From Gemmatimonadaceae bacterium (GTDB lineage: Bacteria; Gemmatimonadota; Gemmatimonadetes; Gemmatimonadales; Gemmatimonadaceae), in contig JBHYGA010000004.1 of NCBI GenBank assembly GCA_051859245.1, forward strand, positions 867,930 through 931,929: DNA of 64,000 nucleotides, in the 5' to 3' direction. Under the pieces are notes generated by a model. That model was not told the DNA's origin and ran no database searches. It saw nothing but the letters and a program-made list of their open reading frames with translations. Below, piece after piece: positions 19,635 to 28,690 of this stretch (positions are counted from its first letter, which is position 1; each line of letters starts with the position of its first letter). A program made the translations under genes and the position numbers.

Positions 19635-20634
19635 CTAGCGCGTGGCGCGCAGGATACGATCCCGCACGCCGTCCCACGCCGCACCACTGGGGGGCAGCTG
19701 AATCACGATCAGGGTGCAGCCCTCATTATCGAGCGTGTGCAGCGCGGCGTAGAGTCCGCGTGCGTAGCCGGCCGGCGTGGCCGGCAGATGCAGCGTGCGG
19801 TGCGCGCCGGAGAGGCCAATACCGCCGTCGAGGGCCAGCACACCAACGCGTGCCGAGGCACCTGCATCAATCGCGCGCTGAACTTCCGGCAGGTCGTCGA
19901 CGCCGGTGAGCCAGACATCGGCGCGCGGTGCGTAGTGCCGGGTGGCGCTCCCGGGTGAACGCTGCGGCGCGGCGTGCTCCAGTGTGTGGTCGAGCGCGTG
20001 GGAGCGCATGAGCACGCGCTCGCCGAGCAGGTGCGACAGCGTGTCTGCGCTGAGCTGGCCCGGCCGAAGAATCACGGCCTCGTCACCTGTCACATCCACC
20101 ACCGTGCTCTCAATGCCGATTTCGCACGGACCACCATCAAGAATCATCAGCTACGCGATCGCCAAGACCCATGGCCACGTGTTCGGCTGTCGTGGGTGAA
20201 AGCTGCGTGAATCGGTTCGCGCTTGGCGCCGCAATCGGAACAGCTGCGGCTCTTAATAGCGACAGTGCGTCGTTGTGCGCCGGAATGCGAATGGCCACGG
20301 TGTCGCCCCCGGCGCTCACAATGTCCGGAATGGCATCGCTTTTGGGCAACACTAACGTGAGCGGCCCCGGCCAGCACGCCTCGGCCAAGCGAGCCGCGCG
20401 CTCGGGCCAGGAGCGTGTGAGCGCCTTGGCCGCAGCAACGTCTGCCACATGCACGATCACCGGGTTCCACGCCGGTCGGCCCTTCGCGGCGTAGATGCGG
20501 GCCACGGCGTCGGCGTCGAGCGCGTTCGCACCTAGACCGTAGACCGTCTCAGTGGGAAACGCGACCAGTTCGCCGCGGCGAATCAACGCGGCGGCCTGCG
20601 CCAGCGATTCTGGAGTAACGGCAACGATAGCGAT
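19635..20634 (-). pseudogene. sua5: Sua5-type threonylcarbamoyl-AMP synthase (YrdC + SUA5 domains) interrupted by a one-base frameshift at about 20148; pseudogene or sequencing error
   Basis: ORF 20137-20586 has FPTETVYGLGA, KGRP, WPGPLT and APSAN; ORF 19635-20147 continues ILDGG..GIESTVVD, LRPG, SPG...HYAP, LYAALH. Confidence 0.85.
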
Positions 20635-20636
20635 GG

Positions 20637-21452
20637 CTACTGCTTTCCTTCGATGACGCGTTTGGCCAACCGATCAATGAGCGATGGCGAAATGAGCTTG
20701 AGCATTCGTCCGATTTTTCCCCGCCACGTCATCACAAGATCCCGATCGCGGTTGGCGGTGGCGTCAAGAATGAGACGCGCACACTCGTCGGTGCGCATGA
20801 CTTCTTCTGGTCGCCGCTTGTACGCGCGGTCTCCCCACGGTGTGCCGTCTGGGCTGAGCGCGTAGCGGTTGATCTCCGAGTAGACAAAGCCCGGGTACAC
20901 CACGGTCACACTCACGCCGGTTTGCGCCAGTTCAATGCGCAGGGAGTCAAAAAATCCACCCATGGCGTGTTTTGAGGCGCCGTACGCAGTGCGCTTGGGT
21001 ACACCGGTAAGTCCCGCCAGCGACGAGATCGCCACAATGCGACCACGTGTGTTTTCCAGATGCGGCAGGGCGTACGACGTGCACCACGCCGCCCCCAGAA
21101 AATTCACGCGCATGACGCGCTCGAACACCGAGCGATCGGTGATCTCGCGAAACAGTCCGCTGGCGCCGAGTCCTGCGTTGTTGATCAGGACATCGAGCTG
21201 ACCGTAGTGCGCAATCGTTGACTCGATCATCGCGCGGCAGTCCTCCTCGCGCCCCACATCGGTCGGCACCACGAGCACCTGCGCGCCCACCGCTCGACAC
21301 TCGGCAGCAATCGATTCGAGACGTGTGATGTCACGAGCGGCGAGCACCAGTCGCGACTTTCTGTGCGCACACTGACGCGCCAACTCGGCGCCGATGCCGC
21401 TCGAGGCGCCCGTGATGCAGACCACCAGATCGCTCAACGCCGCGCGCGACAC
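20637..21452 (-). CDS. SDR-family oxidoreductase
   Basis: TGASSGIG, NNAG, YGASK motifs. Confidence 0.92.
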   Translation of the reverse strand: MSRAALSDLVVCITGASSGIGAELARQCAHRKSRLVLAARDITRLESIAAECRAVGAQVLVVPTDVGREEDCRAMIESTIAHYGQLDVLINNAGLGASGLFREITDRSVFERVMRVNFLGAAWCTSYALPHLENTRGRIVAISSLAGLTGVPKRTAYGASKHAMGGFFDSLRIELAQTGVSVTVVYPGFVYSEINRYALSPDGTPWGDRAYKRRPEEVMRTDECARLILDATANRDRDLVMTWRGKIGRMLKLISPSLIDRLAKRVIEGKQ

Positions 21453-21457
21453 GTGCC

Positions 21458-21724
21458 TCAGCCGGCTGGCGTGTCGAAATCGTCGCCGAGGTAGTCGTCG
21501 TCGCCGCTGGTGAAGGGCGCGTCGAGAATGTCGATGGCCCGCGCCATGTCAGCCTGTCGCACCGCCAGTCGGACCGGGAAAATCAGCTGCATTGACGGGA
21601 GCATGCCGCCGGCGCTGTCGCGCAGCACGGCGGCCGGAATATCGTGCGCTTCCAGTACGCTGCGTGCGACATGCGCCTCCGACTCACTCGCGTATTCGCG
21701 GATCACTGCCATGGCTTCGCCCAT
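21458..21724 (-). CDS. DUF2007-like small protein
   Basis: EAHVARSVLEAHDIPA...VRLAV pattern; start may be ATG 21712. Confidence 0.75.
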   Translation of the reverse strand: MGEAMAVIREYASESEAHVARSVLEAHDIPAAVLRDSAGGMLPSMQLIFPVRLAVRQADMARAIDILDAPFTSGDDDYLGDDFDTPAG

Positions 21725-21843
21725 CAGGTCAAGTTACAGGTTGAACGCGCGCTGCGTGAGGGTCATCGTGGCGCTGCTTGCGGTTTTCCTGTAACCCCCG
21801 TCACCATTGTTTGGTATGCGCCTCTCCCGAATGGATCGTTAGC

Positions 21844-22380
21844 GTGGCGGCCTCGTTCGGGATTTTTGTGCTCGCGGAGTTGCCAGGCGACGCGGGTCGC
21901 GTGGTGCGCGAGATTCAAGAGAAGTACGACCTGAAGCTTGCACGTCTCACGCCGCCGCACATCACGCTTGTGGGATCATCCGGCGTAGGTGCTATTCCTA
22001 CGGACACGCCAGTGGCGCGCATTCGCGACGCGCTCGAGCCGATCTGTGCGAGCACGGCGCCGATGACGCTCACCTTTGGCGCGCCCGTACGATTCATGCA
22101 GACGGACATTATTTCACTGCCGCTCGATCCGTATGGACCGTTGCGCGCGCTGCACGAGCGCATTGCGACAAGCGGACTGCCGTTCAAGCCGGCGCGTTTT
22201 TTGTTTACGCCGCATTGCACGCTGAACTTTTACAAAACACTCACGCGCACCACGGAGCGCGAGTTGCTCGCGCTCCGTGTCACGTTTCCGGTCATTGTGA
22301 ATCGCCTGCAGGTGTATCTCACGCGCGATCCGCAGCCAGCGAAGAAGCTGCTGGAGTTGGAACTCACCGGCGCTGAGTGA
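21844..22380 (+). CDS. 2H phosphoesterase (2'-5' RNA ligase family)
   Basis: Two HxT motifs: PPHITL and FTPHCTL. Confidence 0.85.
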   Translation: MAASFGIFVLAELPGDAGRVVREIQEKYDLKLARLTPPHITLVGSSGVGAIPTDTPVARIRDALEPICASTAPMTLTFGAPVRFMQTDIISLPLDPYGPLRALHERIATSGLPFKPARFLFTPHCTLNFYKTLTRTTERELLALRVTFPVIVNRLQVYLTRDPQPAKKLLELELTGAE

Positions 22381-22392
22381 ACAGCGGTCGTG

Positions 22393-23040
22393 CTAGCGGC
22401 CCCAACGGTCAAAGCCGAGCGTGAGTCCTGCGCGCACGCCCCAGCTCGAACCCGTGGTGCGACCGGTGATCGGAAAAATCGAGACGTCGCCTGCGTTACC
22501 GAATCGCAGATCGGTCCAGCCCACTGTGGTGTTCAGCTGTACGTTGGGTGCCAACCAGATGTAGGTGCCTAGTCCAGCGCCGAGTCCGGTTCCGTTGGTG
22601 GTGTTTTCGCCAACGCCCGTTTCGAACGAGCGCTCCAGTCGCGCGACGCGACCATAGATGAACGGCGTGAAGTTTCGGGCGACCAGCGGGAGCGCGATGC
22701 GCGGTTCAAAAAACACACCTTGGACCACCGCGTTGTCGCTCCCCAGCGAATGGGTACTGCGCTGATATCCACCGCCCAGCGAAAGCACACTCACGCCAAC
22801 CGACGCCATGACATCGAAGCCGGTGCCGTCGGTCGCTGAGCCGATGGCCTGTCCGCGCAACGACGCGAGGGCGCCAGACGCTTCAAGTGCGAACTGCGCG
22901 CGATCGCGCCGATACTGTGGCGGCCATGAGCGATCCTGCGCGAATGCGTCGAACGGAAGCGCGGTAACGCCGAGCAGTGCGAGTGCCGCGACCCAGGGCA
23001 GGTTGCGGGCGGAGAACTGAGTCGGGAGACGACGAAGCAT
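22393..23040 (-). CDS. Outer-membrane beta-barrel protein (about 8 strands)
   Basis: Signal peptide ending AFAQ; alternating amphipathic strands; GVRAGLTLGF near the C-terminus. Confidence 0.7.
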   Translation of the reverse strand: MLRRLPTQFSARNLPWVAALALLGVTALPFDAFAQDRSWPPQYRRDRAQFALEASGALASLRGQAIGSATDGTGFDVMASVGVSVLSLGGGYQRSTHSLGSDNAVVQGVFFEPRIALPLVARNFTPFIYGRVARLERSFETGVGENTTNGTGLGAGLGTYIWLAPNVQLNTTVGWTDLRFGNAGDVSIFPITGRTTGSSWGVRAGLTLGFDRWGR

Positions 23041-23104
23041 GGGAAGGCTCGCGAAAGTTGAGGAGTCGGATGGTAAGACCGGATCGATACGACTCCATCA
23101 ACTG

Positions 23105-23119
23105 GCAAGCGCAGTGCCA
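23105..23119 (-). promoter_or_regulatory. sigma54 -24/-12 promoter of the beta-barrel gene
   Basis: Minus strand TGGCAC-TGCGC-TTGC, an exact match to TGGCAC-N5-TTGC, 65 bp upstream of the ATG. Confidence 0.7.
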
Positions 23120-23269
23120 GCGCGACACAAACGCCAAGTTGTGTATTGGCAGGCGATTAGACAATGCGGTACGCCGCGGCGCGCGCTTGAACGTCCACCC
23201 CGCAGGACACTGAGTGTCCTATTCGGATGGTGTCGCGAACGCTCGATGGCGGCTCGCGCGGCGCCGGAT

Positions 23270-23764
23270 TCAGGCCGCTTCGGGACGGGCCTTGAAATAC
23301 GCCGAGCAGGCGTGGCGCAGCGCCAGTGCGGCCGACGCCTCGAGTTCGTACTCAAAGTGCAAATCGCCAAGTGCTTCCGCGTCATGATGCTTGATCAGGC
23401 GCGATGCGTGGTCAGCGATGGAGTGTCGGCGCAGGTACTCACGCGCGGCGTGCCAGAGCACATTGCCCAACTTTCTGAGCGCTTCGTCGGGGATCGAGTC
23501 GGTCTTGCACGCCTCTTCGTACTGCGACACGCACTCTTCGAGCGCCAGGTCGCAGGTGTCGACAATCGCGTGGGCGGCGGTGAGTTCAGCGCGTCCCACA
23601 TTGCGTGCAATCAGACGGGAAAGACGTTCACGCTGCCGCGCACACTCATCGGCTGTGCGAGAGAGCGCATCTGCGCAGGCGGTCGGGTGCGCGTTGAACG
23701 CAACATCTTCGTCTTCGTGAAGCTGCTGCGACGTGGACGGACGGGAGCTTCGAGTGCCGGGCAT
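23270..23764 (-). CDS. Hypothetical all-helical protein
   Basis: 164-aa ORF filling the gap; helical pattern, rich in His/Glu/Cys. Confidence 0.7.
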   Translation of the reverse strand: MPGTRSSRPSTSQQLHEDEDVAFNAHPTACADALSRTADECARQRERLSRLIARNVGRAELTAAHAIVDTCDLALEECVSQYEEACKTDSIPDEALRKLGNVLWHAAREYLRRHSIADHASRLIKHHDAEALGDLHFEYELEASAALALRHACSAYFKARPEAA

Positions 23765-23985
23765 GGAACGCAGACCGATGCGGACTCGTGAGAATCGCGT
23801 ACCAGGTGGCGGTACAGATTCAGCACGGGTCGGGTGGTAGGACCTGTGATCTACCTAGAGGGAGGGGGCGAACGGTAGTGGGGGCACCCACAAGGACGGT
23901 CAGGGCGCCATGTTTGAGTGTCCGTGATTCAGCCGTAGCTGTTACAGGCTCGGCCAAAATCCAACCTACTTTGTCCGGGAGAGTC

Positions 23986-24801
23986 ATGTCGAACGCAACG
24001 TCAGCGACCGGTGGATTTCAGCATCTTGAGGTCGAGACGTCGGCGAACGGCGTCTGTACCATCACGCTGAACCGACCGGATCGGTTGAACGCGGTGAACC
24101 CGCAGCTCTCGATTGAGTTGCCACTCGCGGTGGATCGTGCGGCACAGGATGACGCCGTACGCGTGGTGGTGATCACCGGCGCGGGACGCGGCTTCTGCGC
24201 GGGGCTCGACCTGGGTGAGCCAGTGTCGCTGACGGCCGGAACGCGAACGGATCGACTCGATCCGCTCTATTGGGTGGGAAAGTGGGTGCTTTCCATTACG
24301 CGTTGCGAGAAGCCAGTCATTGCAGCGATCAACGGACCAGCTGCGGGTGCCGGCTTTGGACTCGCGCTGGCGTGCGATATGCGCGTGGTCGCGGCTGGAG
24401 CGCGTTTAACTGCAGGTTATGTCCGTCGCGGCTTGTCGCCCGATGCCGGTGTCACGTGGATGTTGCCGCGACTGATCGGACACGCGCGCGCGGCGGAAAT
24501 AATCTTCAGCGGACGTGATGTGCTGGCCGACGAAGCGGAACGCATCGGACTGGCCACGCGCGTGGCCGCGGACGGCGACGCGCTCGCGACGGCGCACGCG
24601 ATGGCGGACATGATGGCGTCCGGCCCGCCGATTGCGCTCGCCCTCACCAAACGCCTGCTGCTTGAGAGTGCAAGCGCAACACTCGAAGCGCAGCTGCGGA
24701 GCGAGCTGTCGCACATCAAGACGTGTTTTGGTACGGCCGATGTGCGCGAAGCACTGGCGGCGTTTGGAGAGAAACGACCGCCGGTATTTCAGGGCAAATA
24801 G
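23986..24801 (+). CDS. Enoyl-CoA hydratase/isomerase family protein
   Basis: LNRPDRLNA, GFCAGLDL, KPVIAAINGPAAGAG, EKRPPVFQG. Confidence 0.92.
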   Translation: MSNATSATGGFQHLEVETSANGVCTITLNRPDRLNAVNPQLSIELPLAVDRAAQDDAVRVVVITGAGRGFCAGLDLGEPVSLTAGTRTDRLDPLYWVGKWVLSITRCEKPVIAAINGPAAGAGFGLALACDMRVVAAGARLTAGYVRRGLSPDAGVTWMLPRLIGHARAAEIIFSGRDVLADEAERIGLATRVAADGDALATAHAMADMMASGPPIALALTKRLLLESASATLEAQLRSELSHIKTCFGTADVREALAAFGEKRPPVFQGK

Positions 24802-24810
24802 TGCCTGCGG

Positions 24811-26043
24811 TCAGCTGAGCGGCGGAGTTTTCCCGGGGCGCACGCGCAAGTGCGGTGGCAACTGCGCAATGAGCGGACCGAGTTCCGTGGCGCGATCGAG
24901 CGTGGTCACGAAGGTGAGCCCTTCAATGCTCACCACGAGCAGTCCACTCACACCGTACACGACAATCTCGCCGTCTTCGCTGTGCACGATGTTACCCGAG
25001 GCATCCACGCAGTGCACGGGCCCCATCACACCGTTGCCCGTGTCATCAAGCTCGCGTACGCGTCGCAAGGATGCCCATGTGCCAACGTCATCCCAACCAA
25101 AACCGGCGGCGAGCACCACCACTTTGTCACTGCGTTCCAGCAAGCCGCGATCAATGGAGATGCTGCGTGTAATCTGCTCAACAAACAGCGGCATCTCGCC
25201 CGCTGCGAGAAACGGCAACCCACTCGCGATTTCAGGCACGCGGGAGGAGAGTTCATCGAGCACCGTTTGCGCTTGCCACACGAACACGCCGGTGTTCCAC
25301 AACGCGCCCTCGGCGATCAGCGTATCGGCGAGCGCGAGCGACGGTTTCTCAACAAAGTGCTCAACGTGACACGCACCGCCGTCTGCCAACGACACAAACG
25401 AATCGAGCGGCAGGCCGGGCTTGAGGTAGCCAAAATACGGCTCGCAACGCGACGGCTTCGCCCCAATGGTGACCAGCCATGCGTCGGTTGACGCCAACTG
25501 CGCGGCTTTGCGCAACGTGTCATGAAACGCATCGCGGTAGTCCACCGCGAGGTCGGCGTGCAGTGCGCAGAACACCGTTTTGGGTCCGGCACGACGGCTG
25601 ATTTCCTGCGCGCCCCAGGCCAGCGCGGCGGCCGTGCCAAGGGGGCGTGGCTCAATGAGCAGATTGGCGCGCGGCAGCTCGGGAATGGCCGCGTGCAACA
25701 CCTCCGCGATATCGGCACTTGTGACTACGAGGACGCGCTGTGCCGGCACCAGCGGGGCCAGTCGCGCGAGCGTGTCAGCGATCAGCGGACGCGCATCAAC
25801 GAGCGGAAGCACCTGCTTTGGCCGATCGGGCGTACTGATCGGCCAGAATCGAGTACCGATACCGCCTGCAAACACGACCGCCCAGAGCGACGTGCCAACG
25901 TCCATCGAAAATTCAGGCTCGAGCTGCTCGAGCAGTTCCGGATCAATGACGCCTGTACCAACGTCTGAATCGTTCGACGGAGCGGGAACGCGCGGTGTGG
26001 TCATGGCGTCGGCGTGAGTGAGTCGCGCACGGAAATCGCGCAC
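24811..26043 (-). CDS. Mannose-1-phosphate guanylyltransferase-like protein
   Basis: AGGIGTRFWPIS..PKQ, EPRPLGTA, FVEKP, WNTGVF, ISIDRGLLE, WDDVGTW; start may be ATG 26004. Confidence 0.85.
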   Translation of the reverse strand: MRDFRARLTHADAMTTPRVPAPSNDSDVGTGVIDPELLEQLEPEFSMDVGTSLWAVVFAGGIGTRFWPISTPDRPKQVLPLVDARPLIADTLARLAPLVPAQRVLVVTSADIAEVLHAAIPELPRANLLIEPRPLGTAAALAWGAQEISRRAGPKTVFCALHADLAVDYRDAFHDTLRKAAQLASTDAWLVTIGAKPSRCEPYFGYLKPGLPLDSFVSLADGGACHVEHFVEKPSLALADTLIAEGALWNTGVFVWQAQTVLDELSSRVPEIASGLPFLAAGEMPLFVEQITRSISIDRGLLERSDKVVVLAAGFGWDDVGTWASLRRVRELDDTGNGVMGPVHCVDASGNIVHSEDGEIVVYGVSGLLVVSIEGLTFVTTLDRATELGPLIAQLPPHLRVRPGKTPPLS

Positions 26044-26141
26044 AGGAATCGCGGAGGCCAGCGACGCGCGCTGACCCGTCTCTTAGCAAAGTATCTCACG
26101 TCCCAAGGGCCTGTCACCTGTGCACTGACGGCCCGGGCGTC

Positions 26142-27188
26142 TTACAGATCCTCCCGGGTCACGCCGGGCGTCTCAAGCACGAAGTCCGCACCGTATGCGC
26201 GCGACGGCGTCTGGAATCCCGGCGGCGCGTGGCCGGCCAGTACGCGTTGCGCAATGCGCACCGCGGTGTCGGCCGTGAGCGAGTAGCCTTCGGGACCGCG
26301 CAGTCGTGATACCACGGTGCGACCGTCGGGCGCCGACGCTTCGCCCCACAGCAGACTTGCGCCGGTTGCTCGCGCGTTCGCGTTCGGCCCCGGCGGCGCC
26401 GCGCGCACCTTCGCCGCCAGCCGTTTCTGCATGAATCCGGTGCGCAATAACCAGCCGATGTGGCGCGAGCGCTTGAGCATGGCGAGTTGTTTTGGATGCA
26501 CGCTCATGTACACGCGCACATCGCCAATGCCGGTGCTGTGGTACGCGGTGCTCACGTCGCCCCAGGGAATCGTCACCGCCAGCTTGGGGCCGTCGCCAAA
26601 GTCGATTGTGCGCGTGTGGTACGCAGGTGGAACCGGAACCAGTGTGCCGCGCTCGCGAATGCACCCCGGTTTGCCAAGGTTTTCAATCATGGTGAGTGCC
26701 GTGCCACGAGATACCCCGCCGAGGGCGCGAAATCCGAGTGCGAGCGACGTGGCCGCCGGCAATCGCGCGTGCAAATGCGCGGCGAGACAATCGCTGGGCA
26801 CGACATCGAATCCGGTGCCGGGCATGAGCATGATCTGCGCGCGTTTCGCTTCGTCACTGCGAGCGGCGAGCGCTTCGAACACCGGAAGCTCGCCGGTAAT
26901 GTCGAGGTAATGCACGCGATGGCGCAGGCATGCGGCCACCATTGGTGCGTATGTGTGCGAGAATGGCCCCGCGCAGTGCAGCACAACTTGCACACCAGGA
27001 AAGAGCGCATCAACCTCGGCCACGTTGTCGAGTGACGCGATACGAAATGACAATCCGTGCGGTTCCGCGATCGCCCGAACGCTGCTGGCGTCGCGTCCGG
27101 CGAGAATTGGACGAAGTCCAACATCGAGTGCGCGCTGCACGATCAGTTGCCCGGTATATCCGGTCACGCCATAGATGAGCAGCGACAT
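26142..27188 (-). CDS. Saccharopine dehydrogenase-like NAD(P)-binding oxidoreductase
   Basis: IYGVTGYTG, CAGPF, YLDITGE, GFDVVPSD. Confidence 0.9.
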   Translation of the reverse strand: MSLLIYGVTGYTGQLIVQRALDVGLRPILAGRDASSVRAIAEPHGLSFRIASLDNVAEVDALFPGVQVVLHCAGPFSHTYAPMVAACLRHRVHYLDITGELPVFEALAARSDEAKRAQIMLMPGTGFDVVPSDCLAAHLHARLPAATSLALGFRALGGVSRGTALTMIENLGKPGCIRERGTLVPVPPAYHTRTIDFGDGPKLAVTIPWGDVSTAYHSTGIGDVRVYMSVHPKQLAMLKRSRHIGWLLRTGFMQKRLAAKVRAAPPGPNANARATGASLLWGEASAPDGRTVVSRLRGPEGYSLTADTAVRIAQRVLAGHAPPGFQTPSRAYGADFVLETPGVTREDL

Positions 27189-27397
27189 GGTCTGTTCACG
27201 AGTAGGGAAATCTCTGACGGGGGAATGCTGACGAGCAAATCCCGACAATCGCGACGTCGTGTCGCGACCACTGGCGCATTCACGCCGAAGGCCACATGGT
27301 GCTATACGTGCGCGTCCCACGTCAACCGGGGAGACCGTACCGATGGCCTCCCACGCGCGCCCCACGCGATCGGCATCTCCATGCCGGGAGGCCCGCC

Positions 27398-28690
27398 ATG
27401 CCCGCGATAATTACCGCGCTGCCGCAGGAACTCGTCGCTGCATTTCGAAGCGGCGACGAACACGCGTTCGAACAACTGGTGCACTCGCGTTTCGATACAC
27501 TCGTTGACAAGGCACAACAACAGCTTGGTACCGACTCGGGCGCTGCACCACGCGTCGCAATGAGTGTGCTGCTGAGTGCGTGGACTGATCGTGCGCAGTT
27601 TGCAACGCCGATGTCGCTCGACGATTACCTCGATGAATCACTGCCGCATCGCTGTGCCGACGAGCTGCGTCGTCGCGCCGCGTTACACCGGTTTGAAGTG
27701 CACGAAGGCGTGCAGGTGACCGCACCGCCTGCGAAGCAGGGAATGTCTGCCGCGCAGGCGTGGGATGCCATTGCCACGCGTTTGCATGTGTCCGACGCCG
27801 AACGGGAAGAGCATCGCGAAGAATCGCGTGTGCTCGCCAAGCGACACGCTCGTGAGCACGTGAACAGTGTCGCCGGACAGAGGCTGTCGATGGGCATGAT
27901 TATCACCGGCGTCGTGTTGCTGATTGCCGTGGTGGTGGCCATGCGGTTCATGGATCGCGGCAGCGCCGAGCTGGCGCTCACGCGCGCACTCGAAGCGGAA
28001 GACGTGCGCGTGATGCGCGCGGCACCTGGTCAGCGCGGTACCATCACGCTGCTCGATGAAAGCACAGCACAGCTGGCCGCCGGCAGCACGATGCGAGTGC
28101 CGCGCGGATTCGGCAACGACATTCGCGGACTCTCGCTGGATGGTGCCGCGCATTTTGTGGTGGCACCGGGCAAGTCGCCAAACTTTGAAGTGCGTGCCTA
28201 CAACACGTCCATCGTTGCCACCGGCACGGCGTTTACCGTGCGCGCATACGACGATGAACCGGACGTGCTGGTGACCGTGCGTGAAGGCACGGTGCGTGTC
28301 ACCGCTGGCGCATCCGAGACACGCACGCTGAAAGCGGGCGAAAGCGTGGCGATTGCGCGCGATGGCAGTATGCGCACACCGGCGCCGGCCGAGCTGCCGC
28401 TCGCATTCTCGTGGGTAGACGGCGAACTGGTGCTTGAGAACGTGTCGGTTTCGCAGGCGCTCACGCAGCTCAGGCGCTGGCACAACGTCGACGCGCAACT
28501 GGGTCACGATTCGCTCGGCACGCGCGTGGTGAGTGCGCGATTGACACTTGAATCCGCTGGCGAAGCGCTTGATGCACTCAGTCGCGCGGCGAACCTGCAG
28601 GTGACGTACGACGGTCAGCAAATGGTGTTGCGAGACGCGACGTTGCCAAACGCCGCGCCTGCCAAAACTACAAACCGCCCAACGCCTTAG
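27398..28690 (+). CDS. FecR-family protein with N-terminal ECF sigma region-2-like domain
   Basis: GGGAGG RBS; one TM helix (MGMIITGVVLLIAVVVAM); FecR motifs GQRGTITLLDES, LSLDGAAHF, GTAFTV, VREGTV, SWVDGEL; N-terminus LVAAFRSGDEHAFEQLV. Confidence 0.85.
   Translation: MPAIITALPQELVAAFRSGDEHAFEQLVHSRFDTLVDKAQQQLGTDSGAAPRVAMSVLLSAWTDRAQFATPMSLDDYLDESLPHRCADELRRRAALHRFEVHEGVQVTAPPAKQGMSAAQAWDAIATRLHVSDAEREEHREESRVLAKRHAREHVNSVAGQRLSMGMIITGVVLLIAVVVAMRFMDRGSAELALTRALEAEDVRVMRAAPGQRGTITLLDESTAQLAAGSTMRVPRGFGNDIRGLSLDGAAHFVVAPGKSPNFEVRAYNTSIVATGTAFTVRAYDDEPDVLVTVREGTVRVTAGASETRTLKAGESVAIARDGSMRTPAPAELPLAFSWVDGELVLENVSVSQALTQLRRWHNVDAQLGHDSLGTRVVSARLTLESAGEALDALSRAANLQVTYDGQQMVLRDATLPNAAPAKTTNRPTP

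Noticed and set aside
20137..20139. Selenocysteine or readthrough at the sua5 TGA
   Set aside because: The continuation is in a different frame, so readthrough cannot restore the protein.
27297..27311. sigma54 promoter for the sigma-FecR fusion (TGGTGC-N5-GTGC)
   Set aside because: GG-N10-GC spacing fits but the match is poor; it reads equally well as an extended -10 (TGcTATACG).
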